Positions 50,848-63,291 of a DNA stretch of 64,000 nt are shown one piece after another. The notes beneath the pieces are model-generated. The model saw only the letters and a program-made list of their open reading frames with translations, was not told where the DNA came from and searched no databases. The DNA is from Dehalococcoidia bacterium (GTDB lineage: Bacteria > Chloroflexota > Dehalococcoidia > WHTO01). Every line of letters begins with the position of its first letter. The stretch's first letter is position 1. Location: NCBI GenBank assembly GCA_040902555.1, contig JBBDXC010000020.1, forward strand, positions 3,528 to 67,527. Direction: 5' to 3'. A program made the position numbers and the translations under genes.

Positions 50848-51402
50848 ATGGCAGGAGACCTGACCCAGACCACCGGGGATGCAGTCGAGCGCTATCGGCG
50901 GGCGGCGCAATTTCTGGACTTCCGCGACGTGGACGTGCACCTCGTCAGCACCTCATCGCGCTTCGTCATCAGCCAACTCGACACGCTCGTTGACAACTTC
51001 TATGAGCGGATGAGCGCGTTCGCCGAAACGGAGCGCCTGTTCGTTAAGGCCCACGCCATTAGCGGCGAGTCAATGGACCACAGGACGTGGACGCTCAAGA
51101 CCTGGGTGGGCCACGTCCTCGCCCTGCTTGAGAGGGCGCCCGCGCTCCTGCCCGACACGCTGGCGGTCACGGGCGCGGCCCACGCGGGCGAGGGCAAGTC
51201 CGGCGTCGTGATTCCGCACGAGCTGATGGTCCTGACGGTTAGCCTGCTCGAAGGCATCGTCGCCGAGGCCCTCCAGGGGGCGGCGCCGGGAAGTCTTGCC
51301 TCCTGGCACAAGTTCTGGTGGGTCTGCGCCGACGTCATGTCGTTCGGCTATCAGCGCGCCCTCACCGCCGGCCAGGCGAACAGGCCGCTTCTAGCCACTT
51401 AA
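50848..51402 (+). CDS. protoglobin/sensor-globin domain protein
   Basis: FLDF..D, LVDNFYERM, GAAH proximal His, SWHKFWW. Confidence 0.7.
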   Translation: MAGDLTQTTGDAVERYRRAAQFLDFRDVDVHLVSTSSRFVISQLDTLVDNFYERMSAFAETERLFVKAHAISGESMDHRTWTLKTWVGHVLALLERAPALLPDTLAVTGAAHAGEGKSGVVIPHELMVLTVSLLEGIVAEALQGAAPGSLASWHKFWWVCADVMSFGYQRALTAGQANRPLLAT

Positions 51403-51427
51403 CGCCCCACCCACTAACTTCTCCCCA

Positions 51428-52093
51428 GTGCCGGAAGATCCCCGCCCCGATACCAACAGCGACGAGTTCTTCAAGACCTCCGTCGCCGCGCTCATCGCCG
51501 TCGTCGCCGTCGTCGGCGCGATCATCGTCTGGCGTGGCGCCCTCGCCGACGAGGAGGCTGACAACGGGGACTTCGCCGGCCTCACTGCCAACGTCAACAA
51601 CGAGGAGGCGCAGGGCCTCAACACATCTCTGGCCTACCAGCACTACCGCGCCTTCACCGATTTCTCCGGCCACGCCGTCCTCGCCGACGCGCTCTTCGAT
51701 GATTCCGGGGCCGCCTCCGACCCCGATGACGCTGAAGCGCTGGATGCCGCGTCCCGCGCCGAATACGACCTCGCCAGCAACAGTCAGTTCTTCTTCGACA
51801 ACCGCTACCTCACCGACGACGGCTACGATGTCGACCGCGAGATCGATGAGCTGTATGCCGAAGATCTCGAAGCCGACGACCTTAACCCCGTCCCGCACTT
51901 CGAGGACGCCGACGATGCCCGCGACCGCTCGAGTTACCTGATTGCGCTGCTGGTCCTTCTTGCCGGCGCGTTGCTCTGCCTGACCCTCGCCGAGTCGATC
52001 AACCGCAACGCGGAGTACCTCATGGCCTTCCTGGGGGTGGCTTTCCTCGTCGCCTCGATCGTCGGCATCTTCGTCGCCGAGAGCCGCTACTGA
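51428..52093 (+). CDS. membrane protein (DUF4337-like) with an acidic extracellular loop
   Basis: TM helix, acidic loop, two C-terminal TM helices. Confidence 0.6.
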   Translation: MPEDPRPDTNSDEFFKTSVAALIAVVAVVGAIIVWRGALADEEADNGDFAGLTANVNNEEAQGLNTSLAYQHYRAFTDFSGHAVLADALFDDSGAASDPDDAEALDAASRAEYDLASNSQFFFDNRYLTDDGYDVDREIDELYAEDLEADDLNPVPHFEDADDARDRSSYLIALLVLLAGALLCLTLAESINRNAEYLMAFLGVAFLVASIVGIFVAESRY

Positions 52094-53811
52094 TGCTGCG
52101 CCGTTTCGCCTCGCGCGCCGACGCCTTCTTTGATGGCGACCTTTTCGGGCCCGTAACCGGCGGACTGATCGCGGCCCTGGCCGTGATCGCCGCGCTGGTG
52201 GCCTACCTCCAGTCGGATGCCGGCTCGAAGGCCGACGAGGCCAAGCGCGACGCCCAGACCCAATCCGTCCAGGCCCTGGGCTTACGGACGCGCGGCGAAG
52301 CCGAGGTGGCCTACGCCTACGAGGATGCCTATCGCATCTACTCCGAATACGACACGCTCGCCGTGGACGCCGAGCTCCGCGGCGATGAGGCCGCGGCCGA
52401 GCGCTACGCCACAGTCCGTGATGACATCGCCGAGCTCAGCGAGTTCCTGGCCCCGCCCTACTACGACCCCGAAGGAGAAGAGGAGCCCGATATCGACGCC
52501 TTCGAGGCCGAACGCTTCGTCGTCGACCCGACGCGCCTGGAAGAGCACTTCGAGGTCAACGCCGGCCTCGACGACGCCTGGGACCGGCGCGCCCGCCTCC
52601 ACGTCTCCCACCTGACGCTGCTGGCCGTCGGCCTCGCCCTCTTCGGTCTTGCCGCGACGATCAGCTCACCGACCAGGCGCAAGATCTTCTTCGGTACGGG
52701 CGCGGGCTTGGCCGGGGTTGCGCTTGTCTGGTTGGCCCTGACTCTGTTGGAGGATGTCGATGAGATTCCTGATACCGCCATTGACGCCTACGCGGTCGGC
52801 GCGGGTCGTGCCTGGCAGGGTGACTCCGAGGGCGCCATCGATTCCTTCAGCGAGGCGCTGCGTGTCGAGCCCGGCTACGGCAACGCCCTCGTAGCCCGCG
52901 CCGAGCAACACTACAACCTCGGCAACTATCCAGAGGCGATCGCCGACTATGAAGACGCCCGCCAGCACGGTGAGGAACGCAACCCCATTCTCAACGAGCT
53001 CCTGGCCGGTTCCTACTACCTCAACGGCGACCTCGACAAGTCAATCGAGACCAGCCGGCGCACCCTGGAGCAGGACCCGGAACTTCTACCCTCACGCTTG
53101 AACCTGGGGCTGGCGCTGCTGGCCTCCGGCGAGATCGATGAGGCCCGCGCCGAGTATGACGAAGCCATGGCCCTGGCGACCCGGCGCGTGAACGAGGCCC
53201 TGGCGTCCGACGGCGAGGCATCGAGCACGCTCTATCTCTACCTGGACTTTGCCGCCTTCGACCTGGAGAATCTGGCCGTCATCGCGGACGGCGATGAGGA
53301 GCTCTTCGATGGTCCGCCGCCGGAGGACGTCGTCAATCCCGAAGAAGTCAGCGCGACGGCTGCCGAGCTCTTCGAGCAGATCAAGAGCCTCAACGTGTGG
53401 CTTGAGATCTACGATGCGGCCCCTGGCGCGGAACCTGATGTCACGGTCGGGGAATTCGATTTCGTTGCCTTCGATGAGGACGCAACGACGGGCGATGGCA
53501 CGCTGCCCTCCGGCGAGGACGAGGAGGGGACCTCAATCCTCCCGCTCGAGACCCAAGAGGTCCTGCTGACCTTCGACTACGACGGCTTTGCGGACGGGCA
53601 GCCTTACGCCATCAAGGTCTACATCGACGGCGAAGAGGACCCTTCGCTGCGCATCTTCACCGAGTGGGACCTCGGTCCCTCAGGCAGCGCCGAGTTCTCG
53701 TTCACCTACAGCTACGGCGACGTCTTCGTCTTCGACCCCGGATACTACGAAGTCGAGCTTTATGTGGATTCGCACCTTGTCCAGCGCGGCTTCTTCGTAG
53801 TCGGCGAGTAG
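52093..53811 (+). CDS. membrane protein with a paralogous TM module, TPR repeats and an acidic C-terminal domain
   Basis: TPR motifs AIDSFSEALRVEP, AIADYEDA, LNLGLALLASGEIDEA. Confidence 0.75.
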   Translation: MLRRFASRADAFFDGDLFGPVTGGLIAALAVIAALVAYLQSDAGSKADEAKRDAQTQSVQALGLRTRGEAEVAYAYEDAYRIYSEYDTLAVDAELRGDEAAAERYATVRDDIAELSEFLAPPYYDPEGEEEPDIDAFEAERFVVDPTRLEEHFEVNAGLDDAWDRRARLHVSHLTLLAVGLALFGLAATISSPTRRKIFFGTGAGLAGVALVWLALTLLEDVDEIPDTAIDAYAVGAGRAWQGDSEGAIDSFSEALRVEPGYGNALVARAEQHYNLGNYPEAIADYEDARQHGEERNPILNELLAGSYYLNGDLDKSIETSRRTLEQDPELLPSRLNLGLALLASGEIDEARAEYDEAMALATRRVNEALASDGEASSTLYLYLDFAAFDLENLAVIADGDEELFDGPPPEDVVNPEEVSATAAELFEQIKSLNVWLEIYDAAPGAEPDVTVGEFDFVAFDEDATTGDGTLPSGEDEEGTSILPLETQEVLLTFDYDGFADGQPYAIKVYIDGEEDPSLRIFTEWDLGPSGSAEFSFTYSYGDVFVFDPGYYEVELYVDSHLVQRGFFVVGE

Positions 53812-54091
53812 GGACTAAGAGCCCACCGGCGCGCAGGGGCCCGTCAATACAATTGACCTTTGCGTCCGCCGGATCCCTTTCGTAGAACGGCGCAGGCCGG
53901 CGTTGGATGCCGCGAGAGGGCAGGTATCGCCCTAGATTCGGCGCGGGCGCACTCCCACCACTGCGATACCTGCCCCTGCAAGATACCCAGATGCCGGGCG
54001 GGACTGAACTGGAACCCTCGCCTTCGCAAGGAGAGGGCAGGGCGGTGTCGCCTCGGTGGCGCGTGCCCCATGAGCCCGATCGCGGCCAACC

Positions 54092-54124
54092 AAAAGGGGC
54101 GGGCCCATGGGCCCGCCCTTAAAA
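54092..54124. terminator. intrinsic terminator downstream of clpC
   Basis: AAGGGCGGGCCC-AT-GGGCCCGCCCC followed by TTTT on the minus strand. Confidence 0.8.
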
Positions 54125-54143
54125 CTTTGATTCCCCCCGAACG

Positions 54144-56627
<2,484 letters not shown>

Positions 56628-56860
56628 CTATCAGCTCCATCTCAGGTGGGAAGGAAAGGAGCCTTACCCCTCTCGCCTGACTTAAGTCTAGGCCAATGCC
56701 TGAACCCCCGGCTATCGAAGTTGGCTAGCCGTCCTTCTAGGTTTGGGGGCTTGACTGCGGAGGGCACCCCCCTTTTCCCCAATCCTGTCAAAACTATCGG
56801 CCGAGAACCCGCCGCCAATAGATAGTACGAGCGGGGATCGGTGGCGGGATGAGCGCCGGG

Positions 56861-56941
56861 GAGTTGTTTGATCGTTGTTGTGTTCATTTCAGATTCCCCA
56901 GCTAGTTGTTTGTTTGTTTGATTTGTTTGAATTGTTTGATC
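56861..56941. repeat. 81-bp element, copy B
   Basis: Ungapped homology to 34134-34214. Confidence 0.85.
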
Positions 56942-57632
56942 TCTCGGCCCGCTGACCCCATGGAACCGCGGCTGAAACCTCGCAGTGGTGTTCGAACTTT
57001 TCCTGGACTGGTGCCGCCGCGAGGCGGCGGAGGCGGGGGAGGGCGGTGGCGGGGACGATGCCGATGGCGAGGAGGGACAGGTTGTCGAGGGCGTTGGAAG
57101 CGAGCTGCCACTCTTCGAGGGCGCCGAGGGCGAGGGTTGCGATCTCTTGGAGTGTTTTTGGTTTGGTGGGCTCCTGGCCGAAGCTCGCGCCGCCGAAGGC
57201 GCGGAGCAGCTTTTGCTGCTCGATATAGATGCGGTAGAGGCCGTCCTCGCGGGCGCTGAGGAAGACGGCCGGTTGGGGAGGGACGGGCTCGCCGTTTTGC
57301 ATGGCGGCGACGGCGGCGAGGTAATAGCGGACGAGCTCGGCCTTCTTGTGGATGGCGATGTTGAGGGCGGCGGCCTCGTAGCGTGACCAGCGGAAGGCTT
57401 TGTCCAACTCCGAGTCAGGCGAGGCCGCGACGGCCGGGACTTTGCGGAGCTGATGGAGGGCGCTGCGAGCGTCGATGACCTGCTGGAAACGGCGGCCGTG
57501 CTTGAGGGCGTTCTTGTTGCCTTCGGGGGCGCCGCGACCTCTCTCCCTAGCCCTCTCCCCTTGGCAAGGGGAGAGGGGACTGAGGACGTGGTCGAAGGTA
57601 TCGGCCAGAGATGGGGACGGGGTAGGTTGCAA
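56889..57632 (-). CDS. hypothetical protein with a terminase-small-subunit-like GAPxGNxNALKHG motif
   Basis: AAGGAG RBS with TTG start; GAPEGNKNALKHG; in-frame REP at 57538-57579. Confidence 0.6.
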   Translation of the reverse strand: MQPTPSPSLADTFDHVLSPLSPCQGERARERGRGAPEGNKNALKHGRRFQQVIDARSALHQLRKVPAVAASPDSELDKAFRWSRYEAAALNIAIHKKAELVRYYLAAVAAMQNGEPVPPQPAVFLSAREDGLYRIYIEQQKLLRAFGGASFGQEPTKPKTLQEIATLALGALEEWQLASNALDNLSLLAIGIVPATALPRLRRLAAAPVQEKFEHHCEVSAAVPWGQRAERSNNSNKSNKQTTSWGI

Positions 57633-57776
57633 ACTGAGACTCCTTCAAGGGGGGTTAAGGAAGCCTGAGGGATGACAACGACAGGTTTGGTCGTTTGGGG
57701 GAAGTGCGGGCAAAACCTTCCTGACAGGACAGAATTTGACGCCGAGGTCGCTAGTATCGTTGCTGTGGGAGGCACC

Positions 57777-59414
57777 TTGGTACGAGTCTCTGACGCGGCC
57801 ACCGACCGGCGTTGGCACCTCTTCAACGAGTTCTCGCCAGGCGAAGACGAGGAGCTTCAATTGGCTCGTATCGCCTTAGACATCGGGGCGCTTCGGGTAG
57901 GCGGCCCACTGTCGACGAAAGAGGCCGAGCTGGTGGATCGGTCGGGCACCCTGCCTGAATCGCCAGCAGCCTTGCTAGAAGCCATCCGCGACGCAATCCA
58001 CGAGGGCAAAGACCCGTTGGGCACGAGGTTGCTCGGCGCACGAGACGCCGTCGAGCGGCGCTCCCTTGGCAGCTTTTTCACCCCCGAGCCGATCGCCGAC
58101 GCGATGGTGGCTTCCGTGTTAGGCGCTCAGCCGACGACCATCGTCGATCCGGGGTGCGGTAGCGGCCGGTTCCTCGTACGTGCCGCGTTGAAAGAGAGGC
58201 GAATCAAGCTCGTCGGGGTTGACATTGACCCTGTGGCGACCCTCGTTACCCGGGCGGCGCTTTCACTGCTGGACGTCGATGATGTGCGGATCCACAACGG
58301 CGACTTTCGGCAAATCGAGTTGACTGCGTCGGGCAAGACAGCGTTCGTGAGTAATCCCCCTTATGTTCGGCATCATGAGATTGACGAGGAAGGGAAGAGA
58401 TGGGCCGACGAGGCTGCCCGGCGCCTTGGCTTGCGCATCTCCGGTCTGGCCGGACTCCACGTACACTTTTTTCTAGCGACTGCTCTTTTGTCTCAGCCGG
58501 GCGACATCGGGTGCTTCATCACCAGTGCAGAATGGCTCGATGTGAACTATGGCGAGTTCCTGCGCCAGCTTCTAACGAAGCAATTGAGGCTAACTTCCCT
58601 TCACTTGCTCGATCCGCTCGCACGCCCATTTCACGATGCGATGACCACCGCTGTGATTACGTGCTTTCAGGCCGGAAGCCAAAATGACAAGGTTCGCCTT
58701 CAATTTGCAGCAAGTCCGTCCGACCTTCACGACCTGCCGAGCAAGGGTTGGCCGCAGTCAATCGCCTCACTGGCGAGCGCCAACAGGTGGACGCAACAGC
58801 TGACACCGCGCAGCCCTTGGGAGCGAGACACCACGCGCCTGGGGCAGCTCTTCCGAGTTCACCGTGGGGACGTCACAGGGGCAAATGGGTTTTTCATTCT
58901 TAGTCGCACCGAAGCGCAGGAACGTGGCGTGGAGCGATGGTGCCGACCGGCCATTACAAGCGCCGAAGAGATCCTCTCGGGCGAGGGCGTGGTGCGTGAC
59001 ACGGCGGAGCGCCGTCTCTTGCTCGATGTTCCAAGAGAACTCGATCGAAGTTTGCATCCGTCACTGGACGCTTACCTCCGGCTAGGAGAACCCACGGGGA
59101 TAAGCGGCAAGTATGTCACAAGCCACCGGAGGCCGTGGTGGTCGCTGAACCCGAAGAAACCGGCACCCATCGTGGCCTCATATATGGCCAGACGGGCGCC
59201 AGTTTTTGCGCTCAACCCCGATGGCCTGGCGCTCGTTAATATAGCGCATGGGCTCTACCCAGTTGTCGAGCTTGACGAGGTGGAGTTGGCCCGATTTGTT
59301 GAACTTCTAAACGGGCAGGCGTTCAACTTCCGCGGCCATGGGCGCACCTATCACGGGGGTCTCGAGAAATTCGAGCCGGGGGAGATGGAAAACCTCCGCC
59401 TGTCTGGGGTCTGA
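57777..59414 (+). CDS. type II N6-adenine DNA methyltransferase (gamma class)
   Basis: GSFFTP, VDPGCGSGRF, SNPPY; start set at the TTG after GGAGG (ORF open from 57672). Confidence 0.9.
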   Translation: MVRVSDAATDRRWHLFNEFSPGEDEELQLARIALDIGALRVGGPLSTKEAELVDRSGTLPESPAALLEAIRDAIHEGKDPLGTRLLGARDAVERRSLGSFFTPEPIADAMVASVLGAQPTTIVDPGCGSGRFLVRAALKERRIKLVGVDIDPVATLVTRAALSLLDVDDVRIHNGDFRQIELTASGKTAFVSNPPYVRHHEIDEEGKRWADEAARRLGLRISGLAGLHVHFFLATALLSQPGDIGCFITSAEWLDVNYGEFLRQLLTKQLRLTSLHLLDPLARPFHDAMTTAVITCFQAGSQNDKVRLQFAASPSDLHDLPSKGWPQSIASLASANRWTQQLTPRSPWERDTTRLGQLFRVHRGDVTGANGFFILSRTEAQERGVERWCRPAITSAEEILSGEGVVRDTAERRLLLDVPRELDRSLHPSLDAYLRLGEPTGISGKYVTSHRRPWWSLNPKKPAPIVASYMARRAPVFALNPDGLALVNIAHGLYPVVELDEVELARFVELLNGQAFNFRGHGRTYHGGLEKFEPGEMENLRLSGV

Positions 59415-60318
59415 TGGCGCTTGTAGATCCACCAAGATGGTCCGGAAATGAGCTTGAGGCCGCTCGAGGCGCAGCCAAGATTTCATTGCGGAACGCTCCA
59501 TAGACGGAAGCCCGGTCTACCGCGAACTGTTCGAGGCAAACCTGCGGCACTTCGAAGAACTGTTTGCAGCAACCGAAGATCTGCTCTCCCTAGGCGACGG
59601 TATAGCGCTGCGCAACGCTGTCGATCTGATCAAATCAGCCCGTTACATCTGCGGTCCTCCGCTTTCGCACGATGACTTGAGTACGCTATCCAAAGCCACT
59701 ATCCGCAAGAGCGGTATGTCGATGGACGACGTGACGGGGATTGCCCGGGTACTGCTTGCGTCTCTCGACCGAATCAGGTTTCCGTGGATCTTCGACATCC
59801 CAAAACGTAAACCCACCGCTCACGAGAGGGAAATAGCCCTTCGCTGGACAGCCGGCTTGCGGACAGTTCAAGACGTTCAAACGAGCCGCAAGATGAGGTC
59901 GGCCGCCCGCCAAGAGAAGGCGGTAGAGCTGCTGCTAAGTGCAACCGGTTTCAGCAAGGTCGCGCCCCGTGAGATAACTGTGGCTGGCGGCTTGAATCGC
60001 GGAGAGTTCTGCCGCGAATCGCTGGTGGCCGATAGGAAGTGCGATGTTCCTGTAGGTCTCCGAGACGGTCGTTTCCTATTAATCGAGTGCAAGGTCAGCA
60101 ACAGCTCCACCAACAGCGTTAAGAGGCTCAACAGGGAAACCGGGGGCAAGGCGCGTGGCTGGACCGAGGTTTTCGGCCAGCGCGCAGTGACTGCGGTAGT
60201 CCTGGCAGGGGTGTACAAACTCAAGAACCTGGAGGATGCGCAGAACAAAGATCACGTAGTCATTTTTTGGGAGCGAGAACTCCAGCCCCTGCGCCGATTC
60301 CTCGAAGAGGCGACCTAA
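59414..60318 (+). CDS. XamI-family restriction endonuclease with a -1 frameshift near 59476
   Basis: MALVDPPRWS.. / ..RYICGPPLSHDDL..IECKVSNSSTNSVKRLN..VLAGVYK..FWE; TGATG coupling to the MTase. Confidence 0.8.
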
Positions 60319-60456
60319 CCGGTTTAGGGGCTGATCGTAAGTTTGCCCTGGGTAGCGGAATAGCTCGAACAACCCAGCAGCATCCGCTTAGGGATGCATG
60401 GCGACTCTGGACTATAAGGGCTCAACGAAAGCAACCCCCGCATCGGACAGAGCTGC

Positions 60457-61205
60457 TCATCCGCCGGGTTGGGGTTTAGCCTCCGTAGGGTCAGCTTGGT
60501 TTTGGTCGATGTAGTTTTCGGGTGGCGGAGCAGGTTGCGATAGCAGCGCGGCGGTGGCCGCCTTCGACGTGATTAGGTTTATCAGCCGATCAGCTTGGTG
60601 CAAGAGGTTGAACTGGTAGAAGAATGCGCCATCGCTGAAACGGCTGTCTACAGGCATTGCCACGAAAATATTCACCCGCTCCAAAGGGTCCGTTACACCG
60701 TTGAACATCACCTCCTTGCGCGTCAGCTCCAGGGTATGTCGTAAAGCATTTCGAAGCGTCTATCGTCTGGCATATTGGCGAATTGATCGCTATCTTCGTC
60801 GGCGGCATACCGGCTGGAAGATAGCATCAGGACCGGCATGTTAGGAATCTTTGCGACGTAGTACGTCTGGCCCACTCGGGTGTCGGTTATCGACAGTGCA
60901 TCAGCGGATGCGGGCACGGTTACCATCTGAACCTGGTAACCCGTGCGAAACACCCAACCGCTGATCTCCTGCATGAGATCGCTGTCTGACATGTCCCGCC
61001 ATCGTCTCGGGCCACGCCACACCTTCCACAGAACTGCAAGTGACAGGGACAGGGTGAGAGTGGCCAAAACGATGAGAATTAGTGCCCAAAGCGGTTGGTC
61101 GAGGATGTAGGCAGAAACAGCGCTGGCTGTGGCTGAGACCAGGAGCCCCGCCGCCAAGAGCACCCACTCCCGGCGACTTGGCATCCACATACTCCATTCG
61201 AACAT
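60457..61205 (-). CDS. hypothetical membrane protein, probably one gene split by a frameshift near 60733
   Basis: Two N-terminal TM helices; reading continues ..YDI / LELTRKEVMFNGV.. Confidence 0.5.
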
Positions 61206-61274
61206 TCAGGCGAGTTTATCACCCGACCTTGGGCCGCAGCCTTTAGGGCGACAGAAAGGGTCGCTATGCGCGGG

Positions 61275-61304
61275 TTGACAGGCGAACATCTGTGCTAGTA
61301 CCTT
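61275..61304 (+). promoter_or_regulatory. sigma70-type promoter with a LexA-like box in the spacer
   Basis: TTGACA-N18-TACCTT; CGAAC-ATCT-GTGCT at 61283-61296. Confidence 0.6.
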
Positions 61305-61349
61305 GGATGTCCAGTGTTGGGAGAGAGGCTGTTTAGCGAGGGGTTGCGG

Positions 61350-61604
61350 ATGGCGGCGGCTGTGGAGCGGCGGGATGCGCGCGACAAGGGCGGCGAAGGA
61401 AGCGACGTGGAGGTGAGGGCTCGGGAGTTGTTGCTGTACATGTTGGGACAGATGGGATTCTCGACCTCTCCCTCTGACCCCTCGCCGAGGCGAGTCTTCG
61501 ACCTCCCCTTGCCAAGGGGAAGGGGAAAAGGAGGCGTTGAGCACGGGGAGGACGAGGCAAGCCTCGTCCCTACGGTCGGGCATGCGAAGGCCGAGCCGGA
61601 GTGA
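61350..61604 (+). CDS. small hypothetical protein coupled to terL, containing an in-frame REP
   Basis: GAGGGG RBS with ATG; stop overlaps the terL GTG (GTGA); REP at 61465-61526. Confidence 0.5.
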   Translation: MAAAVERRDARDKGGEGSDVEVRARELLLYMLGQMGFSTSPSDPSPRRVFDLPLPRGRGKGGVEHGEDEASLVPTVGHAKAEPE

Positions 61605-63040
61605 GTGCACGACTTGGGAAGCCGCCGGAGCTGAGGGCTTATCAGCGGGAGATCTGCTCGGCGGTGGTGCGGTCGGTGGCGGACGGGGCGGGGCGCAGCT
61701 TCTCGGTGATGGTGGCGCGGCAGGGCGGGAAGAACGAGATCTCGGCCTACATCGAAGCGGTGCTGCTGATCGCGAACGCGGAGCGCGGAGGGACGCTGGT
61801 GAAGACGGCGCCGACGTTGAGCCCGCAGTTGGGGATCTCGAAGCGGAGGCTGCTGGAGCGGCTGAGACGCGGGGGGTTGCGGGAGATGATGACCGTGCAG
61901 GGCGAGACGATAGGTGTGGGTGCGGCCACGATCACGTTCCTCTCGGGACAGGTGGACGCCAACGTCGTAGGGCACACGGCGTCGCTGCTGCTGGAGGTGG
62001 ATGAGGCGCAGGACATCGATGCGGACAAGTTCGAGCGGGACTTCCGGCCGATGGTGCTGGCGACGGGCGCGACGGTGGTGTTCTACGGGACGGCCTGGGA
62101 GCCGAACTCGCTGCTGGAGCGCGTGAAGGCGCGCCACCTGGAGCTGGAGGCGAGAGACGGTATACGCCGCCATTTCGAATACGACTACCGAGCTGTGGCG
62201 CGGGACTTCCCGGAGTACGAGGCGCGGGCGCTAGAGCAGCGGGCGCTGCTGGGCGAGGCCTCGCCGATCTGGCTGTCGCAGTATTGCCTGTTGCCGCAGG
62301 AGGCGATCAACAAGCTGTTCACGCTGGAGGAGCTAGCAGGGATGCGTGGGGAGTTTGGGGAGTATCCGCAGGGTAACTTCGCGCCGGAGTCGCACGCTGA
62401 AAGGGTGGTCGAAACGGGGAATGCGTGGGTGGGCTACGTCGCGGGGCTGGACATCGGCGGGGCGATGCCGGGACCGGATCGGGACCCGACGGTGCTGACG
62501 ATCGCGCGGGTTTTCGAGGAAACCTCTCCCCTAGCCCCTCTCCCACGCCATGGCGCGCAGGCGGTCGGGAGAGGGGAACATGGCAAGCGGGCCGAGGTGA
62601 TCAAGATCGTGGCCTGGCAGTCGGCGTGGGACGACATCCTGGTTGACCTGCTGCGCTGGAACCGTTTCTTTCGGTTTGAGAAGGTGGCGGTCGATGCGAC
62701 GGGATTGGGCCACCACGCGGCGCTATCGCTGGAGCGAGAGCTGGGGTCCTCGCGAGTCGAGCGGGTGAACTTCAGCGAGGGACGCAAGTCTGACCTGTGC
62801 TATGAGCTGCGGGACGCCGTCGAGGGTGGGCGGCTGCTGATGTACAAGGGTGAGAACCGGCACACGCGGTTGTTCTGGGAGCAGCTGGCGACGGCGCGCA
62901 TGGAGACGAGGAACCGGACGGGGTTGATCACGTTCGGGGTGACCGGCCAGCACGACGATTATTTGATTTCGTTGGCGTTGTGTGTGAGGGCGATGGGGGT
63001 GAGCCGGAGGAGGGTGGCGGTGGGGTTTACGCGGAGGTGA
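61601..63040 (+). CDS. phage terminase large subunit-like protein
   Basis: RAYQ Q-motif, ARQGGKNE Walker A, EVDEAQ Walker B, YGTA, GLDIG / VDATGLG / HDD nuclease motifs. Confidence 0.88.
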   Translation: MSARLGKPPELRAYQREICSAVVRSVADGAGRSFSVMVARQGGKNEISAYIEAVLLIANAERGGTLVKTAPTLSPQLGISKRRLLERLRRGGLREMMTVQGETIGVGAATITFLSGQVDANVVGHTASLLLEVDEAQDIDADKFERDFRPMVLATGATVVFYGTAWEPNSLLERVKARHLELEARDGIRRHFEYDYRAVARDFPEYEARALEQRALLGEASPIWLSQYCLLPQEAINKLFTLEELAGMRGEFGEYPQGNFAPESHAERVVETGNAWVGYVAGLDIGGAMPGPDRDPTVLTIARVFEETSPLAPLPRHGAQAVGRGEHGKRAEVIKIVAWQSAWDDILVDLLRWNRFFRFEKVAVDATGLGHHAALSLERELGSSRVERVNFSEGRKSDLCYELRDAVEGGRLLMYKGENRHTRLFWEQLATARMETRNRTGLITFGVTGQHDDYLISLALCVRAMGVSRRRVAVGFTRR

Positions 63041-63291
63041 GGGGTTTGCGGCATCGGTGGTGGGGCACGGTGGCCAAAACAATAGTCCGGCGGAAATCGG
63101 GAGGGGGCGGGCAGGTGTCTGGGGACGGTGCTGGGTCGAGGGTTGGTTAGCCTACGACACGCTGCCCCTACAGATCGTTCGATGGCCCGACGCGCGGCCC
63201 CTACATTTCGTGGGCCCGCCCGCTGTCCAGTTGCGGGCGCGGGCCTGACGGTAGAGGATCGTCATCACCAGCCTGCCCGAAGGAGATAGAC

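Noticed and set aside
56675-56693. Palindrome GCCTGACTTAAGTCTAGGC upstream of clpC as a HAIR or CtsR site
   Set aside because: Matches neither consensus; function not supportable
56642-57826. 394-aa low-complexity minus-strand ORF
   Set aside because: Alternate frame of the RBS-supported 56889-57632 ORF; it also overlaps the MTase start
56861-63040. Intact prophage
   Set aside because: No integrase, att pair, replication, structural or lysis genes were seen
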